Source: Adineta vaga
Taxonomy: Eukaryota > Animalia > Rotifera
Assembly: GCA_021613535.1 (NCBI GenBank)
Contig: CP075494.1
Location: 7,750,001 to 7,814,000, forward strand
Reading direction: 5' to 3'
DNA: 64,000 nt
Shown here one piece after another: positions 53,001-64,000 of the stretch (its first letter is position 1; every line of letters starts with the position of its first letter). Position numbers and translations under genes: made by a program. The notes beneath the pieces are model-generated. The model was not told where the DNA came from and ran no database searches. It saw only the letters and a program-made list of their open reading frames with translations.

Positions 53001-53992
53001 CGAATACATGTCGAAGAACATGTTCGAGAAATGAATGAAATGAAACGATTAACCGGTAAAATTTATTGATTATTTATTTAAGTTTTACTTTTATTCTTTC
53101 CTAGACGAATTAAGCGAAAAACATGCAAGTGAAATGCAATTACTTCTACGACGAGTACAGGTAATAGAAAAGGTTGATCTTCTTATTCTTTCGAAGAAAT
53201 AGTTTTCTTTGTTCTTTAGGATGCAGAAGTTGCAAAACGAGCAGCTCAATTGAAATTAAGTGAAAATCGTAATGATACAGAACGATTAAAGAGCGATTTA
53301 AAAGTAGCGAAGAAACTCACTCAAAAATTACAAATTCGTGTACAAACATTCGAGAAAAAACTTGAATTACATCAAATTAGAGAACAACGAACGACAGCAT
53401 TACTTGATAAAACTAGTGAAGAAACGGAAAAACGTAAATTAGAACAGGATGCTTATTCAATCATGGTAAGAAATTTAAAAAAAAGGATAATTATTTGTGT
53501 ATCTTCTCGTTATATTTATAAATGAATAGGTGAAAACTAAAGAAGAAGAAATGAATAAGACCAAAGAACGAATGGAAGAGGAAGGAAAAAAATTAACCGA
53601 ATTAGAAAATCGTTTAGAAAATTATAAAACTAAAAGTAAAGAACGTGTTAATGAAGTGCAAGAACAGTAAGTTGATATTCTAAGAAGATAAATTCAATAA
53701 GAAATTGTTTGATTAGAATGAAAAAACAATATGATAATTTAAAAACTCGCTGTTCAGATTATGAACAACGTATTCAACGATTGATGACTCAACTTAATGA
53801 AAAACAAATAGTGATTGATGATTTAAATTCAGAAAAACGGTAAACTGAATGAGAATTTCATTGTTTTCTTTACTTTTCTCATTATTTTTTCTTAGCAATC
53901 TTGAAGTCGATCTGGAAACAATTTGGCAAACAACAAATGCTGATAATAAACGTATGCTAGAAAAATTACATGATATGCGTGTAATCAATTGA
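50034..53992 (+). CDS. CEP89: Centrosomal protein of 89 kDa (distal appendage, CCDC123)
   Basis: N-terminal THIASAIIPVASLV...TVASTLLRASMTSQ and central GPSPIWL|LNQKFLAPLFVCYDEKLHERE match CEP89 motifs, followed by long coiled coils. About 17 short exons end at LEKLHDMRVIN*. Confidence 0.8.
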
Positions 53993-54727
53993 TATTTTCT
54001 CTCGACATGCAATTCGCACCTGTGATAAAAATGAGGAAAACAAAAGAGACGAACAGTATTTTTTATTTATTATGATATTTGTACTCTACTATCCTGTTTT
54101 TTAAATCGTATTCGAATAAGAATAGAAAGATTATTTTTTGTCATCGTTTCTCTGTCTTTAGTTGCTTTACATTCTATGATAAATTGTTATATAAAAATAA
54201 ATTTAGATTAAAGTATAATTTTGAATTGATTCATAATCATCATAACGATGGAATTTGTACAATAAAGAGAGCTTTAATCAAAATGCGGAGATGTAATTCA
54301 AAATAAAAGTGGGTTCTGTTCATTCAGAAGTAGCTCAACGGAAGAAAAAGGATAATACTAGATTAGTGTTTTTAATCATAGATAAGGGGAATTGAAGGAT
54401 GTATATTTTAGATATGATTAAGGTATATATATATCGAACTAGAATAATTCCTTCCTACGTAAAGCAAAACTTAAGTCGATCTTCCGATGTGCTCTTTCAT
54501 ATAGAAAAAAATGAACGATTCAATGAATTTAAACGGAAATTTATTATGATCAATTGCTTTGTTATTCGAAATCGTTTCACTTATAACAACTCTGTTGAAA
54601 AAAGTGAAATACGATCACTTTTTCTTTGCGACCAATATGCATATGTTATTTGATAAAATAGTGTTACAAGAAAGAAAAAAAAGGGCATGAAAATCAAATA
54701 TGTTCAATGTATGATTTGGCAAATTTT

Positions 54728-55104
54728 TCATTCAGCACGATGTTCATTGATACAATCATAGAATGGAGATAATTTACCCAAACGTGCTTGTGATTTCAAA
54801 AACCACAATGGTTTATTTTCGCATGGATCATATTTATTTAAGCTTTTATAACGATTAAGAGTTGGTTTAAGAGGTTCACTTGCGCCATTGTTATTTGCCT
54901 CCCATGAGTCATAATAACGTTTGCGAGCATTCGATGACGATGAATGCTCAATTGTCACTATAAAATAAAAGATGATATGATCATTTAGAAAATTAGCAAT
55001 AACATTTCGTTTTCTTTTACTATTAATCTAGACAATCAGATTTTCAAAGAAAACTTACCAATAACAAGAAATAGGATCAATGATAATGAAATGATTGATT
55101 TCAT
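54728..55104 (-). CDS. Small secreted prohormone/neuropeptide-like precursor (~91 aa, 2 exons)
   Basis: MKSIISLSLILFLVI|VTIEHSSSSNARKR-YYDSW...DPCENKPLWFLKSQARLGKLSPFYDCINEHRAE*. GT-AG intron 54958-55058, signal peptide, RKR site, two Cys. Confidence 0.75.
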
Positions 55105-55732
55105 TTTTGCGTTTGTTTTGTTTAGAATTCTGAATCTAAAATAAAACAAAGAATGATTATACGGATTGTCATTAGCATATGTTATGAAGGCGTTGAATTG
55201 TCTGCCAGTGACATTGCTGTATAGCTGAGGGGCAAATAAAATATTCATAGTCTTCTCTCGTAGCTCTATCTTATTTAATTCAATATAAGAAAATTGCGTC
55301 TGTCTAATTCTTTCTTTCTTTGAAAACATTGGAACTTATTTTAATGAGTAAAAACGCATGTTTAGATCATCGGAAAACTAAAGTCCGATTGTTAATTGTC
55401 TACTAAATCTGATTTAGTTCCTCAGAATTCGGCACGCAAGTCGGATGCTTTCTATTACTCTTCTACTTTCATTAGTTATGGTTTTTCTCTCTCTGAGAAT
55501 TTCTGACTCTATTTCAATATCATTTCATGTCTCTACGACTTCTCATAGCATCGTTATATATTCTCTCTCATTTATTCTCATGACTATCATCGGCATTGTC
55601 TTATTCCTTTCTGCTTCTCACTCTTCTGTCAGTTTCTTTTCATTTGAACATCATGAGCGTACTCAATTGAGTTTTGACGCTTTCGCATGCACGGATAGAA
55701 GACTCTTTTTTTTGTATATTCGCAGAACGTAG

Positions 55733-55755
55733 GAAGAAGAAGAAGAAGAAGAAGA
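55733..55755. repeat. (GAA)n microsatellite
   Basis: Read directly from the sequence. Confidence 0.9.
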
Positions 55756-57219
55756 AAAATATGTAACGATCAAATCAATAATTTGAAAAAAAACAAATAG
55801 ACATCGTATCGATGTTTTCATTTTCTATTTGAAGAGAAATTCAACTTCGGTAAATAGATTAAATGTAAACGTACGTTCATATATTAAGTTGATCGTGAAT
55901 AATAATAAAAAAGAGAAGAATAGAAATCTGAAATCAGTTTACCAACTGTCAACAAGTAATAATCATCATTATTTGTCTTCCGGCAAAGGAGAAGAAAATT
56001 ATTTTCGTCAGATGATATATCTATGTAATCAAATGAATTCCAAATCAATAATCAGAGAAAAGCCTCGATACAAATTCTACGTCATTGACTAATTGTATTT
56101 CGATCTCGAAACGATGATAACATTAGATAGATAAACAAAAAAACTTATTGGCAAAGGTTTTCATGTTTCTTGAACTTATGCTATTAGTGCAAAAGAAAAA
56201 AGCATTCCACTCATTTTAAAGTAATTATGACCTGTAACTAAAACTACTCAAGTATTCGATTCATTCACGTTTTGAATAGAGTATCTCTTATGTTATATTC
56301 TCTGAAGATTTGTCGACGTCATTTACCGGTTTGTCTAATCGAAAGCTTTCGTGATGTTTCTATTAGAAAAAGGTCTGTGTATCTATATAATATGATTATT
56401 ATTTCTTACATAGTCTTCATTTGATATTAGTTCAACTTACTATTTTAATCACCATTAAATATTTATAGAATAACGTGACTAAACATTGCAGTATTTCATC
56501 TTCTTTTTCTATTAAGTCATACTGACAAAAACAAACTCGTTGGCATTTTTATTCAATCAGAAAACTTGCCTTCAAAAAGACTATATAATAAGATCATTAC
56601 GATCGGCCAGAGTAAAACAATCTGAAATGACGAATTTACTTGGGTCATGTTAAACTTTTTTTTCTGAGAAGTTCTTAATTTTTCAAAGATAATGTCAATA
56701 GATGACATCTTAATGAACTCGGTACTAATAATGTTAGTAAAAATACATCGAGAATATATTTTCAAGTGTTCGTATTATCGATCTCCGAAACAATATTAGT
56801 ATTTCTCTTGAATTTTCTCTATGCATTAGCAAAAAAAAACAATTTGATTTCTTCTCTTGCGTTGAGTAACCAACATCGTGTTTTGAACATTGATCGATTG
56901 CTTTTCCTAAGTGCTTGTGACATGTTGTAGTAGATGCTTTATCGTGCAAGATATTTTCGATGATTATGTTAACAGGAGAAAAACAAATGTTCTTTGTTCG
57001 GGTATAGTTTAAACTGATGGAAATTAATTTTATTTTGAAAATCGAACATCTGAGAACAACTGCCATCTGCCGTTCGATTTCAACAGAATCATATACACCA
57101 TCTATGAAAATCTTGATTCGACTTTTGTGCATATCTATAATATTCCGATCCCGATAACGAATATTATCGATCGATAGATAGTTTTGTGTGAAGTTTTAGA
57201 AGAAAAATCAATTTTCACG

Positions 57220-60200
57220 ATGAATATACTTCGACAACAAGCTGTTCGTCAGGTATATCTCTATTCGCAAAATGAAATTAAAAAAAAAGATATTTGATTA
57301 TATATATATAGATTAAAACATTATTTCGTTCAATACCAGAAATTCGTCATATAAATGAAAATCAAGCTTATTTTGATGAAAAACTCTATGCATTAACACG
57401 AATTGAACCTGTACGTCATAAAGAATCAGCTGTGTAAGAATTTCTGATGGAATTTTTACTAAGAAATTCTTTGTTATTTATCTAAAGACCTTTAGGTCGT
57501 TTCATAGTTTCAATACCACAATGTCAAGCAGCTTCATTGATTGAAAGTGATCTTGAATTCAATAAGAATTCATCCATTCGATCAATAGTAAATGAAAAAT
57601 GAAATCATATTGATGAAATGACCATTCTTCTTTCATTAGTCCATTGAACAAAGTGATCAACAAGCAATCTTAGATAAAGATGGTGGATTAAGAATTCCTG
57701 TGAATCTTTCTACATTTATGACAGTAATGTTTAACATATATCGGCTATGAACACTATATTTTCTTTTAGACAGCATTTAACGAACTAGTGAAAACAGCTC
57801 GTACATCTTCGTATTATGATTCTAAACGATATCGTTGGTATTTTGATGATTGGAGAAAGGTACCAAAATGGACTGAAATAACTGAGAAATCAATTGAGGA
57901 CAGAAAAAATAAAAATATAGTTGTCGAATTCAGGTAAAATAATGAAAGAAAAAAAAGCATCGTATCTTTGGAAGAGAAAGGAAATTTAGTTCACCAAATA
58001 TTGCTAAACCACTTCATGCTGGTCATTTACGTTCAACATTACTTGGTCAATTTATTTCAACAATACATGAACGTTTTCAACATTCTGTTTATCGATTAAA
58101 TTATCTTGGAGATTGGGGAACACAGTATGGTAGGAATGTAATCATTTCACTATGAAAGGGTTTATTTTTTGTCGTGTTGTTCCATAGGTCGATTGGCTGT
58201 TGGATTTGAAAAGTTTGGATCATATGATGAACTTAATAAACAAGCATTAAGACATCTTCTTGATGTAAGAGTTCATTTATCATGTTGTATATGATTCTAT
58301 TCTGTATATTAGGTCTATGTTCGTGCTAATCAAGATGATTCATTACAAGAAGATGCAATGAAATACTTTGCTAAAATGGAAGAAGGTGATAAGGAAGCAT
58401 TGCAATTATGGAAAACATTTCGTGAAATGTCTATTGTTAATTTAAAAGAAATTTATCAAGTAAACATCTGTTATCTATTTTTAAATCTGATTGAAATTGA
58501 TGTTTAGTTATTTAATATTCATTTCGATGAATATCAATCCGAATCTCAATTTCATCAGCAAGCAAATGAAATCATTCGACAACTTGATCAACTTGGGTTT
58601 TGTCAACAACGTTCAGATGGAGTTTTAGAAGTCAAAATTCCGGCAAAATATAATTCTTTACCACGAGATGCTCGTATGGTTATACGAAAATCGGATGGAA
58701 CTACTCTTTATATTACAAGGTAGATAGAAATTCATCAAAATGAACATTTTCTCACCATGGAAATTCTATTCGTCTAGAGACATTGCTGCATTAAAATCTC
58801 GTTTAGAAACCATGCCTATTGAAAAACTATTGTATGTTGTAAGTTGTAAAGGAGAAGATGAAACGATAAAATAGGGAATTATTTTGTATCTTTGCAAAGG
58901 TAGATTCGAGTCAAACGGAACATTTTCGAAATTTATTAACAGTATCAAAAGCAATGCATATGAATCAAGTCGAAAACTGGTATGAGTCGAAAAATTGAAT
59001 ATTTATGATAGACTCGATAAAATTCTAGGGATTTGGATGATATGTATGTTCCATTTGGTCGCATGATTAATTTTCAAACACGAAAAGGAAAATTTGATCT
59101 ATTATCGGATGTATTTGATGATGCAAAAGAACGAGCAAAAGAAGGACTCGATCGATTTCTAAGTAATGTTGCTTTGAATAACTTTCTAATGAAAATCCTT
59201 TTCATTCGATTGAATTGTAGTTCGTAAATCCGATATCGATCACGTGAAAGTAACAGAAGTGATTGGAAAAGCATATTTGATCCTAACAGATTTTTCACGT
59301 TCTCGTCGCACGGATTATATATTCTCTTGGCATGATATATCCTCCAAAGATGGTATCGCATTTTTACTGCTTTATTGTCATGCACGATTATGCAGGTAAA
59401 ATATTCTATTCTTTTCATTTAAAATTCTATTCGTTTTTATAGCCTTGAAAAAGAAGTAAAAATGCCGATTGATTGGTCAGCAAATGTCAGTTTATTAACA
59501 GATCGACGAGAACATATTCTTATACAACAATTAAGTTGGTAAGTATAATTCAAGATAACTTTTCATATTGAATAACTTAAGCTTCACTGTAAACTTCAAC
59601 ATTTCAAAAGTTTTCTCAATCCTAGATTTACAAGTAACGTGTATTCCAAATGATATTTCTATATATAAAAAATTCTTTCAGTTTTTAATTAAATGCTTCG
59701 ACGAGCAAATGAATCATGCTTATACTTTCGAGATATTCTTGTAAACATCAATTGAAATGAGAATTTAAAGTTATAATTAATAATTGATTAAAATTTGACC
59801 TTAATTAAAAGACATTCAGTATGTACTGATGTGAGAAAATATTCTAAAAGGTCATGGCCTTTTATTATTCAGACGATTGATTTTATAAAAATAAGAATCC
59901 ATTAACATTTGTCGAAAACAGAAGAAAATTATGAAGCATTATTTCTGTCCGAAGATTCTTTGATTGATGGTATTTAATACAGAATCTATTGTTAAATAAA
60001 CTCATAGAAGTTTTCAATGCTATTTCGCAAATGAAGTATGACCTTACTAGAGAACTGAGAAAACAATGACCTACTTTTGTAATCAGTATTGAGATAAAAT
60101 TTATTCTTGTGTAATGATTCTTATTGAATTCTATAATAGAATTCATAGCTTTCTTTTCTTGATAGTATCTATCAATATCTCTTTTCCATCTGACAAAACG

Positions 60201-61733
60201 TCTGGAATCGTATCGATACTGATCAATTTATGTTTTTTTTTGTTATTTTAGTTTTCAAGACATTCTATTCGATGCTTATCGTTCATACGAACCAACCAAA
60301 ATCGTCCATTATCTTGTACGACTTGTGTAAGTTCTTATTTAATTATTATAAATGAGAAAAAAAAGACATCCAAAATTCAAACGGATAGTAAGAAAAATGT
60401 CAAAACATTCAAACTATGTTTTTGTCTAAACAAAACTGATTACTACCAATGATAAGAAAAGAAAAAGATACTGTTCATTTATTGTCGTTTTCGAATTAGA
60501 ATATAATGTGATGTATGTGTTGACATATTATCACCGATAGCAGGATTACCACCGCCACCAGTTGAAGCTGAAATTTGATAACCTAAACGAACCATCTTAC
60601 CAATAACATCCATATAAACAAGAGCACGTTCGTCTTTTTCAGCTGAATAATTTCCAAACCAAACAAAGGCAGATTCGGGTGCATTTGGAAGAATTTCTTG
60701 AACGAGTTCTTTTTCAGCAAATATACGATAATGTTTAGGATAAGACACAAGCGCAATCAATGAAACAACATCAATTCGACCAGTTGTTGAATCGTTATCT
60801 GCAGAGTTCGATGAAGCCATGGTTGATACGATCGAGAAAAACAACAATATGAGCAAGCAATCGAGTGTAATGGGCGGACAAATAATAAAGAGAATAAAAG
60901 ACGACGATACTCTGATGATAATGATTACGGAGGTCGTGGCTTTTCAGAGAGAAAAAAAGAGAATAGAAGAACAGCTTAGGTATTTTCTATCTGGTATCGC
61001 AAGGACGTCTCTTCCGTATACTTCGTCTTCTTCTTCTTCTTCTCCTTTTTTTCGCATAAGATTGATTGAATGACATGCAGGATGGCATTTTCTCCATCTG
61101 ATAATAGTGTGTTGTGTTGCTGTGTGTCTGTTCGCTGACTACATAGGTTTGCTATTGTTGATAGGTGTTGCTGTTATTGTTATTATTATTATTATTATCA
61201 TCGTTGTTATGATCTCGTTTTCTTCATACAACGCATGTTATTGTGCATTCTCTTGAGAAAGATTTTCTTCTTTTTCTTCGTTCTACATATCATTTACCGG
61301 ACGAAAAAAAACAAAAATAATATTAATTATCAGACGTCGGATGACAATCAGTCAGGCCAGTTAAGTATCGTTTGTCTTCTATCGTCTTTATGTACATAAC
61401 ATTAGCTAGATATTATTTGACATTTTCAAAATGGTTGAATATAGAAATATGGGTTTTTCACGAAAACTCTGAATAAAGTCAAGAAAATGTATGAAACTAA
61501 AATATGATCTTTCATCATATGTTTTTCATTATAGGAAATGTACTAATCGAGCATTGGCTACACTTTATGTCAAAGATGAAGAAGTGGAATTAGCTAAAGT
61601 AAGATTAATACCATTCTTTTACTGTTTATATAACGATGTGTTGTAGGCTCGTTTGTTGCTCTATCATATGTGTCGTCTATCACTAAAAGAAGGTCTTGAA
61701 TTGCTTGGCATTGAAGCATTAAATCGTATATGA
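57220..61733 (+). CDS. RARS2: Mitochondrial arginyl-tRNA synthetase
   Basis: About 20 small exons, mostly missed by the ORF track: VVEFS|[47 protein letters not shown]|DIAA, FQTRKG, YCHARLC|[17 protein letters not shown]...[13 protein letters not shown]. Short Arg-rich N-terminus and no MSC extension. Confidence 0.92.
60479..60820 (-). CDS. Nested intronless 113-aa protein resembling the KCTD1/KCTD15 C-terminal (GFRP-fold) domain, with no BTB domain
   Basis: Lies inside RARS2 intron 60327-61534 with an ACCATGG start context. [14 protein letters not shown] and [22 protein letters not shown]...SHYILIRK parallel the KCTD1/15 C-terminal motifs IALSGEKALIEEVFP and VQVLERL..RGF.V..SCGGG...SEYVL.RE. 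Confidence 0.75.
   Translation of the reverse strand: MASSNSADNDSTTGRIDVVSLIALVSYPKHYRIFAEKELVQEILPNAPESAFVWFGNYSAEKDERALVYMDVIGKMVRLGYQISASTGGGGNPAIGDNMSTHTSHYILIRKRQ
61180..61200. repeat. (TTA)n microsatellite in a RARS2 intron
   Basis: Read directly from the sequence. Confidence 0.85.
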
Positions 61734-61935
61734 TTTGTTACACTGTTTTTCTTTTCAAATAAATCAACTTTTGTTATCAAATAAACTCTAAAAAAAGGAG
61801 ATTAAATTGAACTAAAAGAAATCAAAATACTGTGACATATTATGACTTTCTCTATAATTGATAACAATATAGAATATTTGTAGAAGAATTTATTGACAAA
61901 ACTATGATTTATATGAAAAAGAAAACTTTTAAAGT

Positions 61936-62890
61936 TTATGCTGCTCCAAGCTCTGTATAACAAAGAAAAACAATAATTAGAATGTCACAATCAACACCTT
62001 GCATTTTAATGGTGATTGAATTGTCTGTATCCGTATTCCATAAACATCGCGATGCAACATGTAAACCAATTGTCGTTGTTGGAAATACAGTTAAATGAGC
62101 AACAATTTTGTATCGATGATCACCGCTACCGGTTGCAGAAAGAAGATGAGATTTAACTTTAGCGCGTACCAAACTACCTAATGCAGTTAATTGTGTGGCA
62201 TAGTTTAGATTCGAATGAAATTGCATTCGTTTCGTGTGTACACGTATTTGAGGATCGTGTTCAAGTTGATTTTTTAATTCATACCAATTCACTGGACGAA
62301 GTGGTTCTAATTGATGCATTTCAGAATCATTTGAATGTAAACTATTTGTACGTGGTAAACCAGTATTGACCTTTGCTTGAACATGACCATATAGTGTAGA
62401 ACGTTTTGGATGTGCACTATGAGTCATATGAGAAAAGGATAGTTCTTGAGGATGTTGTAATATGTTATTCCGTATAACACGTGAAGATAATTCATTTGAT
62501 GTAGTGTTTAAAATATTTGCTGTTGGAAGTATTGGTGGTATTGGTACTAAATTGTTTAGTAATGGTGATAAAGGACTGGGAGTTGTGGATGATGTAGATG
62601 AAGTAGTACCACTAATTGGAGGAAGTACTGTTGAACCATGTCGTTTACAAACATGTGGCAAAGGATGTTTGATTCGTGTACTAACATCATACGTTGGTTG
62701 AAGTCGAGGGAGATGTCTATGATAGCCATGTGGTTTGGAAATCTTCGTATCATCTTTTATCATCCTAATAATAATTAAAAGAGACATTAACAATTGTCAA
62801 GGATTATTTCTACAAGTGAGTATTCGTTAGATACTTTGAAAAATGTACGTACCATGGCTTAACAGAATATCTTTTTTGTATGTCGACCAT
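61936..62890 (-). CDS. Tctex1-domain protein (dynein light chain Tctex-type) with a long Pro/Ser/Thr-rich N-terminal extension
   Basis: C-terminal HRYKIVAHLTV...LHVASRCLWNTDTDN...IVFLCYTE matches the TCTEX1D signature. Exon 1 MVDIQKRYSVKPW joins through intron 62765-62852. Confidence 0.82.
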
Positions 62891-64000
62891 TTTCAACTCA
62901 CGATATGTTCTTGCTCAGAGAATAATGTAGGAAAATATGTCTATACGTAGATTATATAGAATGTCATTGAAGAAGCTCTAATAGGATTGTTTGTCTTCAT
63001 TAACAAAATACCAGCTATCAAGAGAGAAAAAGAGTATTTTACCGATTCAAAAGTCGAATAAATTAAAATGTTTTTTATTACGGCCAAAGAAAGTTCGATA
63101 GTACTTATTTGTAAGAAACAAATTTCTCTACTTTGTAGACCGACATATAATTCAGCATACTTACTCCTTTTCATGTGGATATTCTTGACTGATTATTCTT
63201 TTAAAGAATTCTACTTTCTAAATATACATAGGGTGTTGTGAAGAAATTCTTTTTGCAAACATTAAAGCAACAGTCACTTCTTCTTTTTAATGAGCTTATT
63301 AAAAATGATGCTTAAAAAAAACATCAAATAAGTGTAATAGTGCAATTAAAAAAAAACGGAGTATTTGCTTTCTACAGGTATTATTTTCGTCTACGCATCA
63401 ATCTTGATTCATTACCTGTGCTTTATAAACGATCAATATAGAATTATCGTCCTCGTTGACAATAATTCATGACATTAAATATGACCTCTTGACAATAAGG
63501 AGTGCAAAAACTAATTTGAACTCGAAACGTCTTATTCCGTCTTATTAATACCTAGAATAAAGAGAAGAACGTGCGTGTAGCTATCGACTATATTCTCAAG
63601 TAATCAACATCATATTATTCATTTTTATTGTTTTATCTGTAGATACTTGAACATATCTTCAACTTTCATAGTAAAGAAAAAAAAAGTGTTTCAATGTTAA
63701 AGCTCTGATAAAATCATCCTTTTCTCTTCTCTCCCTTTTTCATTTTGATTCAAACGAACATATACATATATGTAATGTCATTCATATTGTCACTATAATT
63801 TACTGTTAAATACTAATATTTATTTATTATTATTTCAAATCAGTTGAATAAGAAACTATCTATAAAGAAGGAAGGTGTTCAATAGAATTGGTGTATAATT
63901 TTAAATAATAACGTTAGTTAATTTATCCATAGACATGTCTTTCAATGTATTTCAATAAAGCTAATTCACCGGCTAATGTTTCTTGACCACTCGGAATAAT

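Noticed and set aside
55445-55732. 95-aa ORF with two hydrophobic segments
   Set aside because: The hydrophobicity comes from a CT-rich low-complexity tract; there are no recognisable motifs or splice structure.
1-64000. CRISPR arrays, rRNA, prokaryotic-type systems, clearly foreign genes
   Set aside because: None seen; every recognisable gene belongs to an animal family and most are intron-rich.

Overview
AT-rich (~70% by eye), gene-dense animal DNA with very short GT-AG introns (mostly 50-70 nt). This style fits a bdelloid rotifer such as Adineta or Rotaria; the taxon is my inference. The window holds about 18 protein-coding genes, in order: XPG/ERCC5 (5' part), an RWD-MJ1316-2H (LENG9-like) gene broken by a one-base frameshift, RPL10, two tandem acid ceramidases, ABHD18, prohibitin-1, LARP1, laminin alpha-3/5, an NPY/RFamide-type GPCR, a divergent MAP3K4, a small secreted Cys-rich protein, an intronless GPCR, CEP89, a prohormone-like peptide, mitochondrial ArgRS (RARS2) with a nested antisense gene, and a Tctex1-domain protein. 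Best leads: (1) an operon-like co-oriented LARP1>PHB1>ABHD18 cluster that links two cardiolipin-remodelling genes with almost no room for separate promoters; (2) a BTB-less KCTD1/15 C-terminal-domain microprotein nested in a RARS2 intron; (3) the +1 frameshift between the two catalytic motifs of the LENG9-like 2H domain; (4) a structured RNA element in the long 5'UTR intron of RPL10; (5) two orphan secreted-peptide genes. I found no tRNA, rRNA, CRISPR array, intact transposon or clearly foreign gene. All family assignments come from remembered motifs; no database search was run.
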